Shown: positions 1 through 8,813, counted from the stretch's first letter. The stretch is 64,000 nt of DNA from Vicinamibacterales bacterium (GCA_965204175.1 OZ241978.1:4282728-4346727); one strand, 5' to 3'. Notes: generated from the sequence alone by a model not told the origin. Numbers and translations are program-made.

Positions 1-1902
1 CAACGCCCAGAATCGACACCATTTGTCGTCAGATCCGGAGTCGACGCACAGCAGCCTTGACGCGATATGCTTGAAATGACTTTCCGCCGACTCGAGGCTG
101 ACGCCGAGTTCTCGGAGCGCACGACGTGCGTCCGCATCGCTCGCCAGCCCTGTGTGCACTAGTTCGTCCGCGTTCGACGGCGATTCTGCATCCGTCATGT
201 CGCGCGGCAGGAACACGTGGTCCGGATCGACCGGTTTCCAGACGCAATTCTGTGTCAGGATGATCTTGCCGAGCGTGTGCGGGCTGCGCAAGCGCGGCGG
301 AATGGCCGCCGCCGTCAGCAGGGCGGCCCTGGATGCTTCGACCGCCTCATCCCCGGTCTTTCCCATCACAAGGGCCTCCAGCCACTGCTGTGCGGAGGCG
401 TTCCGCGGATGGTGCGGATATCCGTTTGCCGACTTCCACTGCTCGATCAATAGTTCGACGCGAGCGAGTCGTGTGCGCGGGACCGCCCGACGATGAAGCC
501 AGTTCGACGGTCGCCCAGAGTATTGCGCCCACTGTTCCAATATCTTCGTCCCGAGCGCACCGTCTGAAGTCAACTCTCTCGGCGGATAGTTGACGTTCGG
601 GATACTGCACAGGACTCCATTCTGGTCGGGGACTACGTCACGCTCGCACAGCCCGGAGAGCAAACGCGTGCGGAGCCGTTCAATCTGCGAGGAGTCGCCC
701 GCCTCCCGGCGACGCGGCAGCGCATCCAGATGCCTTGCAGGGTCGCTACGCGTTGCGAGGCTGGACAAGTTGGCGGCGATCATCTCCGCCGCCGTGTCGA
801 TCAGTTCCTCGTTGTACGGTCCCGGCAAGAGATTCTGGCGGTCTTCGTTCGTCTTCCAGGGCGCGTTCAGGATACCGGCGACGAGACTCGCGGTCTTGGT
901 GGGAAAATACGCCCAGAAGACGCCGGGATCGGTCAACCGATCAAGCGGCGCGGCCCACCAGATCGGTACTTCATCGCCGTCGTCGAGCGACCTCCGATCG
1001 CCTCTGGCGTCGCTCGACAGCCGATGGACGACCTTGAACAGCTTCCAGTTTCCCGCCGTACCGCCATCGATGAGCCGAAACTCGCCGTCGTCGTTTTCGA
1101 GTTCGAGAACCCTCTCCAACGTCGAGCCATCGTCGATCGTCAATTGTCTGACATGCTCGACGAACAGAAGGAACGCGGATGGGAAGTCCTTCATCTGCTG
1201 CCGGAGGTCGTCGGCCGTACCAGGCTTGAGCGGCAGGCGCACGACGTTCGTCGCCCAGTCCATGAACTCGCACAGAACGGGATCAACATCGCGCGCCTCA
1301 TGAGGGTCGATAGGCTCGGCGACTCGCAGCACCGGACAGCGGTCGGCGCGAGGCGCGACTTCCCGTATGCGTTCACTGGCACGCCGGCGATCGAAACGAA
1401 AAGAGCCCGCGCGGCTGAAGAACTCGGGGGCGTCAGTCACGCCGAGGACGGACTTGAAGCCGAGTCCGAACCTCCCGATCTCGCTGGTCCCGCGTTTTGG
1501 CGACATGTGGGAGAACATGAGAGCCGTCACGCCAGCCTCATTGATCGGTTCGCCGTCGTCGGCACAATACAGACAGCCGTCGGTAAGGCGAATCGCGATG
1601 CGTCCTCCGTCGGACACGCTACTGAGCGCATCGGCCCCGTTCTGGACCAGCTCGAACAGTTGGCGGTGGGCATAGCCTCCGCGTGCTGTGTCCTGTTCGA
1701 GGTTGGCATGTTCGAGGACAAGGCGCGGCTGGTCCTTGTAGGCCGCGATGGTCCTTCGAGACTCCTCCGCGATGTAGGCACCCAGGTCTGCTTCAGGTCC
1801 GGCCCAATCCAGCGCCACGTCCTGAACTGGCAGATTCAGCTTGGCGTTCGGGCGAAAGAACCTGCCGCGCTCACCCGTGGAGAAGTCGTACTCGGGCCTC
1901 AT
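1..1902 (-). CDS. GHKL/Bergerat-fold ATPase, sacsin/paraMORC-like. Partial: the C-terminus lies beyond the window start. The first ~35 aa look like a BrnA antitoxin.
   Basis: My own translation of the minus strand is open for 634 codons from the ATG at 1902 to the window edge. It is missing from the ORF track because it has no stop. Motifs 'GGYAHRQLFELVQNGADAL' and 'EIGRFGLGFKSVLGVTD' fit sacsin-type HATPases. The ATG overlaps the brnT stop (ATGA, 1899-1902). Confidence 0.7.
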   Translation of the reverse strand, partial: MRPEYDFSTGERGRFFRPNAKLNLPVQDVALDWAGPEADLGAYIAEESRRTIAAYKDQPRLVLEHANLEQDTARGGYAHRQLFELVQNGADALSSVSDGGRIAIRLTDGCLYCADDGEPINEAGVTALMFSHMSPKRGTSEIGRFGLGFKSVLGVTDAPEFFSRAGSFRFDRRRASERIREVAPRADRCPVLRVAEPIDPHEARDVDPVLCEFMDWATNVVRLPLKPGTADDLRQQMKDFPSAFLLFVEHVRQLTIDDGSTLERVLELENDDGEFRLIDGGTAGNWKLFKVVHRLSSDARGDRRSLDDGDEVPIWWAAPLDRLTDPGVFWAYFPTKTASLVAGILNAPWKTNEDRQNLLPGPYNEELIDTAAEMIAANLSSLATRSDPARHLDALPRRREAGDSSQIERLRTRLLSGLCERDVVPDQNGVLCSIPNVNYPPRELTSDGALGTKILEQWAQYSGRPSNWLHRRAVPRTRLARVELLIEQWKSANGYPHHPRNASAQQWLEALVMGKTGDEAVEASRAALLTAAAIPPRLRSPHTLGKIILTQNCVWKPVDPDHVFLPRDMTDAESPSNADELVHTGLASDADARRALRELGVSLESAESHFKHIASRLLCVDSGSDDKWCRFWAL

Positions 1903-2222
1903 CTGCCTGACTCGTACTGCCGGCGTTCGTGTTTCGCCGGCCGCCGTGCAGAGATGATCCGGACCTTGGCCGCGTTGACGCCGGCTACGCGATACGTGTG
2001 GCTGATCACGATCAACCTCCCGTTCCGTGCACGTCCCAACGTCACCCAGCGCTCCTCGGTGTCGCTGTGGTCGTCATCCGGAATCGACACGGCCAACGGA
2101 TCGTTGAACACCGTCGCTGCCTGCTCGAACGCGATGCCGTGCTTGCGCCAATTCCCACGTGCCTTGACCGGATCCCAATCGAAGCGATACTCGAACACGG
2201 CTGCGCTCCCGCAGGGTCGCAC
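1899..2222 (-). CDS. brnT: BrnT-family (DUF497) type II toxin
   Basis: The 107-aa ORF carries the BrnT pattern 'FDWDPVKARGNWRKHGIAFEQAATVFNDP...EERWVTLG...VRIISARRPAKHERRQY'. Confidence 0.85.
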   Translation of the reverse strand: MRPCGSAAVFEYRFDWDPVKARGNWRKHGIAFEQAATVFNDPLAVSIPDDDHSDTEERWVTLGRARNGRLIVISHTYRVAGVNAAKVRIISARRPAKHERRQYESGR

Positions 2223-2350
2223 GCATCCTCACCGGACGGTACCGGGAGCGCCTCGCGGGAGTCGCCCGCCAACAACCGCAACAGTCTGATGATACGCTCT
2301 CGTGAGCGGGCAGCGCACGGGGAGGTGTCCGAAACAGCAAGGGATTCGCA

Positions 2351-2575
2351 ATGGCGGCGCGAAAGAAGTTCTCCAGTCAGGTCGCGCCCGAGCTGTTGGC
2401 GGCGATGCGCGAGATCGCCCGGAGCGATGGACGTCACTTCCAGTCCGTGCTGGAAGACGCAATGACCGGCTACATCGCGACCAGGGCTCGCCAGAAGGTG
2501 CGCCCAGAGGCGATGGCGCACTATCGGGCGAGCGTCGAGCGCAACCGGCTCCTGGCCGAGCTGCTGGCGAAATGA
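2351..2575 (+). CDS. Ribbon-helix-helix (CopG-like) DNA-binding protein, an orphan antitoxin-like gene
   Basis: The 74-aa ORF has an RHH-like opening, 'KKFSSQVAPELLAAMREIARSDGRHFQSVLEDAM'. It is divergent from brnT and has no toxin gene downstream. A degraded paralog lies at ~19991. Confidence 0.55.
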   Translation: MAARKKFSSQVAPELLAAMREIARSDGRHFQSVLEDAMTGYIATRARQKVRPEAMAHYRASVERNRLLAELLAK

Positions 2576-2725
2576 GCTGCAACTTCCCCGAGCGCCGGGC
2601 GCGATTCGCCTCGGTTCGGCTTGAGTCGCGGCCGGAAACCGCGTAGATTGAGCACCCGTCAAGTCTGCACCACCCTTGCCGCGGCACTGGCCGGCGAGGT
2701 TGCTCTCGCAGGAGGCATTCGACCC

Positions 2726-4654
2726 ATGGCTACGAGCTTGCTGGCGTCAGTTCATCAAGCGGCCCGGCGTTCGCCGCGGTTGCCGATCGTGACCCTCGCA
2801 CTGCTGGCGGCGACTCTCGCAACGCAGCCGCTGCAAGCCCAGGACGACTGGCAGCACTGGGGGCGCGATGCCGGCAACCAGCGCCACTCGCCGCTGACGC
2901 AGATCGACGTCGACAACGTCTCGACCCTGGTGCCCGCGTGGCGGTACGAGATGACGAAGGTGGGCGTGCCGTCACGCCCGAGCCAGTCAACTCCGCTGAT
3001 GGTCGACGGCGTCCTGTACCTGTCGTTCCCGTACTACCGCGTGGTGGCGCTGGAGCCGGAGACCGGCGACGAGATCTGGGAGTACACGGCGCCGGGAGAC
3101 TGGAACTCCCCGGAGCACCAGTTGCACTGGACGGGCGGCTCGATGCGGGGACTGGCCTGGTGGGAAGGCGACGACCGAACGCCGCCGCAGATCGTGTTCG
3201 GCACCGAGGAGGGCGAGCTGATCTCGCTGAACGCCGCCACCGGCATCCCCAACCCCCGGTTCGGCAGCGACGGCTTCGTCGACCTGAAGACCCCCGACGT
3301 GATGAACGGCTTCCCGAACATGCACTACGGGATCTCGTCCGGGGTGGCCATCTGGAAGCACCTCGTGTTCACCGGCGTCCACAACGCGGACGAGACGGGA
3401 TCGAAGGGGCCGGCCGGCGACACGCGCGCGTGGGACCTGCGGACGGGCGAGCTCGTCTGGACGTTCCACACCGTGCCCCACCCCGGCGAGTTCGGCAACG
3501 ACACCTGGCTCGACGACTCGTGGCGCAACGTCAGCGGCGCCAACACGTGGTCGTTCTTCACGGTCGACGCCGAGCGCGGCATCCTGTACATGCCGCTGGG
3601 GTCCGCCCACAACGACTTCTACGGCATGGACCGCCCCGGGGACAATCTCTTCTCGGACTCCATCGTCGCCGTCGACGCCCTAACGGGGGAGCGGCTGTGG
3701 CACTTCCAGGCCGTCCATCACGACCTGTGGGACCTGGACATGCCGGCGCCGCCGATCCTGTTCGACGTCGAGCGGGACGGCGAGACGATACCGGCCGTCG
3801 GCGTCATGACCAAGTACCCGGTGCTGTTCATCTTCAACCGGGTCACCGGCGAGCCGATCTACGAGATCGAAGAACGACCCGTCCCGCGGGGGAACATGCC
3901 CGGGGAATACTACTCGCCGACGCAGCCGTTCCCGGTGAAGCCGCCGCCCTTCGGGCGCATCCGTTTCACGATGGACGACATCGCGACGGTGACGCCGGAG
4001 CACACGGCCGCGTGCCGCGAGCTGCTGATGCGCTTCGACGGCGGGCGCAACCGCGGCCCCTACACGCCACCCTCCGAGGAGGGCGCGCTCGTGTTCCCGT
4101 CGACCGGTGGCGGGACGGAGTTCACCGGCGGGACCTTCGATCCGAGCCTCGGGTACTACATCATCAACTACGCTGACACCGGCCACATCAGCCAGCTCGT
4201 CAAGGTGGAGGATGATCCCGATCGCCGCGGCTACGTCGGTCCCCCAGAGTCGCGCCGGATCTACTGGCACGTGGTCACCCGGCCGTCCGTCAACGGCTGG
4301 CCCTGCTGGCAGCCGCCCTGGTCGCGACTGGTCGCCGTTGACGTCAACAGCGGCGAGATCGCCTGGCAGATCCCGTTCGGCACGGTCGAGGGCGCCCCTC
4401 CCGGCCTGCTGACCGGCGCTCCCAACTCGCAGAAGGGCGGGCCGACCTCCACCGCGGGAGGCGTGCTCTTCATCGGCGGGGCCAGCGACCGGCGGTTCCG
4501 CGCCTACGAGACGAAGACCGGGCGCGAGCTGTGGAGCGTCGAGACCGAGCAGATGATCAGCGGCGCCAACCCGATCACCTACCTGGGGAAGGACGGCAAG
4601 CAGTACGTCACCGTCGCCGCGGGCACCACGCTGCTGAGCTACACGCTGCCGTGA
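2726..4654 (+). CDS. Secreted PQQ-dependent (quinoprotein) dehydrogenase, beta-propeller
   Basis: AGGAGG sits 10 nt upstream of the ATG at 2726. The product has a signal peptide ending 'PLQAQ'. Motifs 'WQHWGRDAGNQRHSPLTQI' and 'WHFQAVHHDLWDLD', plus repeated propeller motifs, support the family call. Confidence 0.85.
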   Translation: MATSLLASVHQAARRSPRLPIVTLALLAATLATQPLQAQDDWQHWGRDAGNQRHSPLTQIDVDNVSTLVPAWRYEMTKVGVPSRPSQSTPLMVDGVLYLSFPYYRVVALEPETGDEIWEYTAPGDWNSPEHQLHWTGGSMRGLAWWEGDDRTPPQIVFGTEEGELISLNAATGIPNPRFGSDGFVDLKTPDVMNGFPNMHYGISSGVAIWKHLVFTGVHNADETGSKGPAGDTRAWDLRTGELVWTFHTVPHPGEFGNDTWLDDSWRNVSGANTWSFFTVDAERGILYMPLGSAHNDFYGMDRPGDNLFSDSIVAVDALTGERLWHFQAVHHDLWDLDMPAPPILFDVERDGETIPAVGVMTKYPVLFIFNRVTGEPIYEIEERPVPRGNMPGEYYSPTQPFPVKPPPFGRIRFTMDDIATVTPEHTAACRELLMRFDGGRNRGPYTPPSEEGALVFPSTGGGTEFTGGTFDPSLGYYIINYADTGHISQLVKVEDDPDRRGYVGPPESRRIYWHVVTRPSVNGWPCWQPPWSRLVAVDVNSGEIAWQIPFGTVEGAPPGLLTGAPNSQKGGPTSTAGGVLFIGGASDRRFRAYETKTGRELWSVETEQMISGANPITYLGKDGKQYVTVAAGTTLLSYTLP

Positions 4655-4696
4655 CGGCGGGCACCACGCTGCTGAGCTACACGCTGCCGTGACGGC
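4619..4696. repeat. Perfect 38-bp tandem duplication (2 copies) covering the last 11 codons and the stop of the PQQ dehydrogenase gene
   Basis: Positions 4619-4656 and 4657-4694 are identical ('gcgggcaccacgctgctgagctacacgctgccgtgacg'). The next 2 nt also match. Confidence 0.95.
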
Positions 4697-4765
4697 TCGC
4701 GGTCCGCTCGTCAGGGCGGGAAACCGTCGTGGAGGAGGGCATGCTCCCGGCGCCGAGGCCGAAGG

Positions 4766-5140
4766 TTGCCTGCTGTGCGACAATGCCGCATGATGAATAC
4801 AGGCCAGATGTACCTGTACTTCACCCGTTCCTATGAACGCGCCATTCGCAAGCTGCTCTCGGAGGACGCCCGCAGGGAGATGGAGGCGGCGATCGTCGCC
4901 GCTCCCGATGCAGCACCGGTCGTCCGAGGGACGGGTGGCATCCGCAAGTTGCGCTGGGCCGGCTCCGGTCGGGGGAAGCGGGGCGGCATTCGCGCGCTCT
5001 ATTTCTGGTGTGTGGATCCCGGAGCCGTCTACATGCTGACGGCCTACGCGAAGGCGGATCGCGACGACCTCACCGCGGCGGACAGAAGGGCGCTGGCGCG
5101 GCTGGTAGCGGAAATCGAACGGGAGAGGCAGAAACGATGA
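4766..5140 (+). CDS. RelE/HigB-like toxin (COG4737-type)
   Basis: The motif 'GGIRKLRWAGSGRGKRGGIRALYF...YMLTAYAKADRDDL' fits this toxin family. The stop overlaps the ATG of the downstream HTH gene (ATGA at 5137-5140). The true start may be an internal Met at ~4790-4808. Confidence 0.75.
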   Translation: MPAVRQCRMMNTGQMYLYFTRSYERAIRKLLSEDARREMEAAIVAAPDAAPVVRGTGGIRKLRWAGSGRGKRGGIRALYFWCVDPGAVYMLTAYAKADRDDLTAADRRALARLVAEIERERQKR

Positions 5141-5499
5141 CGACGGACCGCACCGGAATCGGACAGGAAATCGAAGCGGCGCTGGGAGAAGTCGTCGCCC
5201 ATGTGCGCGGCGAGGCGACGCTGCCCTGCCGAATCGTGGATGCCCCCGCCGCCGACCGGGTCGTCGCCCTCCGCAAGCGGCTGAAGCTGAGCCGGCAGAA
5301 GTTCGCGGACCGTTTCGGCCTCGACGCGCGGGCCGTGCAGGAGTGGGAACAGGGCCGCCGAGTTCCGGACCGGGCCGCCCGCGTGCTGCTGACCGTGATC
5401 GACCGCGACCCGGAATCGGTCGTGCGGGCGCTCGCCGCAGAGGAATCCGGAACCGGCGAGACCCGACCTCAGGGAGCCGCGGCCTCCGAAATCCGGTAG
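5137..5499 (+). CDS. XRE-family HTH antitoxin (HigA-like)
   Basis: The HTH motif 'LRKRLKLSRQKFADRFGLDARAVQEWEQGRRVPDRAARVLLTVI' is present, and the gene is translationally coupled to the toxin gene. Confidence 0.8.
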   Translation: MTTDRTGIGQEIEAALGEVVAHVRGEATLPCRIVDAPAADRVVALRKRLKLSRQKFADRFGLDARAVQEWEQGRRVPDRAARVLLTVIDRDPESVVRALAAEESGTGETRPQGAAASEIR

Positions 5500-5778
5500 A
5501 GCTTCGACCGCGTCCGGATGAACAGGCTGCCCTGGGCGATGGCCGGCGTGGCCATCGTGAACTCGTCGAGCGGATTGCGGCCGATGACCTCGAACGTCCG
5601 GCCGGCGCGGATCGGCGACCCAGGCGACGTTCTCGGTGGTGCTCCAACGGGTCGGCAGTCCGGCGGCCTCGGAGACGCCGCGGGCGTCCGGGCCCCGGAA
5701 CTGCGGCCAGCGATCCTGGGCGGCGGCGGGCGCGCACAGGACCGCGACGAGCAGCAGCGCGCACGTGTATCGAGTCAT
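5469..5778 (-). pseudogene. Internally deleted, frameshifted remnant of a secreted BamB/PQQ-like beta-propeller gene
   Basis: The N-terminal piece reads 'MTRYTCALLLVAVLCAPAAAQDRWPQFRGPDARGVS...TRWSTTENVAW'. It joins, with a frame change near 5620, directly to a typical C-terminal end, 'IRAGRTFEVIGRNPLDEFTMATPAIAQGSLFIRTRSKLYRI'. The roughly 300 aa of propeller in between are missing. Confidence 0.55.
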
Positions 5779-5926
5779 CTCGTTCCCCTTCGCGTTGGTC
5801 ACGGTTGGTTCATCCGATCATGCCCGCCTGACCGGCTCGGTGCGCCATCCGTCGCTCGCCATGCCTCGCTCACTGGACCGATCGCGCAGCGACCGGACGA
5901 GTCACCACTGCCAGCCCGGCCGCCCC

Positions 5927-8011
5927 CTACGGTTCCTCGACGGTGATCTCCCCGATCGCCCACGGGTGTTCCGTGCTGTGGTACAGGAACGTGCCCGGCT
6001 CGTCGAAGGTGACATAGCCCGTCATGGCCGGCTGCAGCGTGCCGGTGGTCCAGCTTCCGTCCCGCGCCGCGATCGTGTGCGGCATCCTGCCGTTGTTGAC
6101 GAACCGTACCCGCGTCCCGACGGTGACGCGGGCCCGCACCGGGTTGAACGCGAACTCGTTGATCGCGTTGCGACGCCCGCCCACCGACCAGGCGATGGGA
6201 TTCTCGACCAGCGTCGCGGTCTCGATGACGTCGGTCGCGCGCGGCGGCGGGCCGATCCAGCGGACCAGGTCGTCCAGCGGCTCCTCGGCCGTCGGACGCG
6301 CCGCCACGTCGCCGTCGAGCGAGAACGCCCAGAGCTCGCCGCCCACCGCGATGGCCACGTGCTGCTCGCCGTCGATCGCGTACGAGACCGCCGGTCCGGG
6401 GCGCAGCCGCACCCCGGGCGGGCCGGCCTGGAACGCCCACAGCCGGTCGCCGGTGGCGGCGTCGTAGGCCTCGAGCTGCCCGTCGGCCGAGCCCCAGAAC
6501 ATCAGACCGCCCGCGGTCGTCAGCGGACCGCTGGTGGCGAGCCGCGCGCCGCGGAACTCGTTCTTCCAGACCACCTCGCCCGTGCGACCGTCGACGGCGG
6601 CCAGGATGCCGGCCGACTCGGGCAGCGTCAGCCGCAGGTAGCCGCTGCCGCGGTTGTCCGAGATCCACGGATCGTCGAAGCGGAACGCGCGACCGACGTG
6701 CGCCCGCCCCTGCGCGTAGATGTAGCCGGTCTGCGGGCTGAACGACATCGGCGTGACCCGCACCATCGGAATCGGCGCGCCCAGCGCCACGATGTCCTGC
6801 CGCTCCAGCGACGGCGGCGTATAGAAGCTGCAGCTCAGCTCGAAGGGCGGCGGCACCCGGTCGCGCCAGAACGAGCAATCCGGCAGGATGCTGTCCCCCA
6901 CCGGGAAGGGCTGCGTAGGCGCGGTCAGCAGGTACTCGTCCTGCGGCACCGGCCGCTCCTCGATCGGCACGATCGGCTCGCCGGTCTCGCGGTCGAGCAG
7001 GAACAGATGGCCGTCGGCCCGCATCGCGGCCAGCGCCTTGCGGGTCCGCCCGTCCGTCTCGGTCTCGTAGAGCAGCAGCGGCGTGGCGATGTCGGCGTCC
7101 CAGATGTCGTGCCGGACCACCTGGTAGTGCCAGCGCCGATCGCCGGTCTCCATGTCGAGGGCGAGCACGGACGCGGTGAACAGGTTGTCGCCGGCGCGGA
7201 TCTCGCCGCCGTACATCGGGACCGGGTTGCCGGTGACGAAATAGACCATCCCCAGGTCCGGATCGACCGCGCCCACCAGCCAGACGCCGCCCCCGCCCAG
7301 CCGCCACACCTCGCTGTCCTGCGGCCACGTCTCGTGCCCGAACTCGCCGGGCCGCGGCACGACGAAGAACGTCCACAGCCGCTCCCCGGTCGCCGCGTCC
7401 AGGGCGATGACGCGCCCCTGTCCGCCGCTGTCGCCGTTGGCGATGCCGATGAACACCTTGCCCCGCGCGTGCATCGGCGCCGTCGTGACCGATTCGCCCG
7501 CCTGCGGCGGCTCGCTGCCGACCGTCTCCACCCAGACCAGCTCGCCGGTGTCCTGCCGCAGCGCCGCCACCTCCGCGCTCCGCAGCGGGACGAAGACGAG
7601 CCCGTCGCCCAGGCCGACCCCCTGCCACGACGGCACCCGCGCCGCCTCGGCGCCGGAGCTCCCCGGCTGCCAGCGCCACACCGTCTCGCCCGTCCGGCCG
7701 TCGATGGCGAACACGTTGGCGCCGCCCGACAGGTACAGAACGCCGTCGTCGACCACCGGCGTCGCCCGCGACGACACGCCGCCCGGGAGCCGCGTCATCC
7801 AGGCGCCGCCCAGCCGGTCGATGGTCTCCGTCGAGATGTCGGCCAGCGTCGAATGGCGCGAGCCGGTCCAGTCGCCGCCCGCGTACGGCCAGTCCGCGGC
7901 CGGGTAGCCGCTCCCCTGCTCCTGCGCCTCCTGCCCCTGCAGGCTGCCCGTCAGGGCGGAGATGCCGGCCACGAGTACGACGGCGACGAATCCACGGTGC
8001 AGTCTGCGCAT
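5927..8011 (-). CDS. Secreted PQQ-dependent dehydrogenase fused to a C-terminal cupredoxin-like domain
   Basis: A strong SD (GAGGAGAGGAAG) precedes the ATG at 8011, and the product has a signal peptide. Propeller motifs include 'WHYQVVRHDIWDAD'. The C-terminus 'VRFVNNGRMPHTIAA...GTFLYHSTEHPWAIGEITV' follows the plastocyanin/azurin pattern. Confidence 0.8.
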   Translation of the reverse strand: MRRLHRGFVAVVLVAGISALTGSLQGQEAQEQGSGYPAADWPYAGGDWTGSRHSTLADISTETIDRLGGAWMTRLPGGVSSRATPVVDDGVLYLSGGANVFAIDGRTGETVWRWQPGSSGAEAARVPSWQGVGLGDGLVFVPLRSAEVAALRQDTGELVWVETVGSEPPQAGESVTTAPMHARGKVFIGIANGDSGGQGRVIALDAATGERLWTFFVVPRPGEFGHETWPQDSEVWRLGGGGVWLVGAVDPDLGMVYFVTGNPVPMYGGEIRAGDNLFTASVLALDMETGDRRWHYQVVRHDIWDADIATPLLLYETETDGRTRKALAAMRADGHLFLLDRETGEPIVPIEERPVPQDEYLLTAPTQPFPVGDSILPDCSFWRDRVPPPFELSCSFYTPPSLERQDIVALGAPIPMVRVTPMSFSPQTGYIYAQGRAHVGRAFRFDDPWISDNRGSGYLRLTLPESAGILAAVDGRTGEVVWKNEFRGARLATSGPLTTAGGLMFWGSADGQLEAYDAATGDRLWAFQAGPPGVRLRPGPAVSYAIDGEQHVAIAVGGELWAFSLDGDVAARPTAEEPLDDLVRWIGPPPRATDVIETATLVENPIAWSVGGRRNAINEFAFNPVRARVTVGTRVRFVNNGRMPHTIAARDGSWTTGTLQPAMTGYVTFDEPGTFLYHSTEHPWAIGEITVEEP

Positions 8012-8072
8012 GACTTCCTCTCCTCGGACGCGCGAGTGTACCAGGGTATTATCCAGCCCGCGGAGAGACCAC

Positions 8073-8813
8073 GTGACCGCGACAGCACGATTCGTAGGCT
8101 CCGGCGACTCCTTCGGCAGCGGCGGGCGCTTCCAGACCTGCATCCTCATCGATGCCGGCGGGACGCGCTTCACGATGGACTTCGGCGCATCCTCGCTGGT
8201 CGCCCTGCGGCAGCAGGGCGTCGATCCGAACTCCATCGACACGATCCTCCTGACCCATCTTCACGGCGATCATTGCGCCGGCGTGCCGTTTCTGCTGATG
8301 GACGCGATGCTGGGCGCAAGACGCCGGAGGCCGCTCACCGTCGCCGGCCCGCGGGACCTGCGCCACCGCATGTTCCTGATCGCCGAGGCGCTGTTTCCCG
8401 GCATGCACATCATGAAACCGAAGTTCGAGCTCAACTGGATAGAGCTGGAGCACGGCGCGCCGACCCCGGTCGGAGGCCTCCTGGTGACCGCCCGCCCGGT
8501 GAAGCACACCTGGCAGACCAACCCTACCGCCCTGCGGGTGGAAGTCGGCGGCAAGGTAGTGTGCTACACGGGCGACGGGGAGTTCGGCGACGAGATGGCG
8601 CTGGCGGCCAAGGGGGCCGACCTGCTCGTGGCAGAGTGCTATTTTCACAAGAAGCCGGTGCCCTGGCATCTTAACTATCCCGAGCTGATCGCGCACAAGG
8701 CGGATTTCGGCGCTGAGCGCATCATCCTGACCCACATGAGCCCGGAGATGCTCGCCCACGTCGACGACGTCCCCGAGGAGTGCGCCTACGACGGGATGGT
8801 GGTCGAGTTTTGA
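8073..8813 (+). CDS. MBL-fold metallo-hydrolase
   Basis: The metal-binding motif 'LLTHLHGDHCAG' (HxHxDH) is present. The GTG start at 8073 has GGAGAG upstream. Confidence 0.8.
   Translation: MTATARFVGSGDSFGSGGRFQTCILIDAGGTRFTMDFGASSLVALRQQGVDPNSIDTILLTHLHGDHCAGVPFLLMDAMLGARRRRPLTVAGPRDLRHRMFLIAEALFPGMHIMKPKFELNWIELEHGAPTPVGGLLVTARPVKHTWQTNPTALRVEVGGKVVCYTGDGEFGDEMALAAKGADLLVAECYFHKKPVPWHLNYPELIAHKADFGAERIILTHMSPEMLAHVDDVPEECAYDGMVVEF

Noticed and set aside
730-2289. A 519-aa plus-strand ORF, with other overlapping ORFs in 152-1910.
   Set aside because: It is antisense to the well-supported minus-strand GHKL ATPase and brnT frames. The products are Arg/Ser/Pro-rich with no motifs, a typical high-GC shadow ORF.
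3680-8674. Very long ORFs 3680..5764(-), 5636..8674(+) and 5799..7679(-).
   Set aside because: They are out-of-frame or antisense to the PQQ dehydrogenase genes. The translations are Arg/Gly/Pro/Ala low-complexity, and they span several real genes and intergenic regions.
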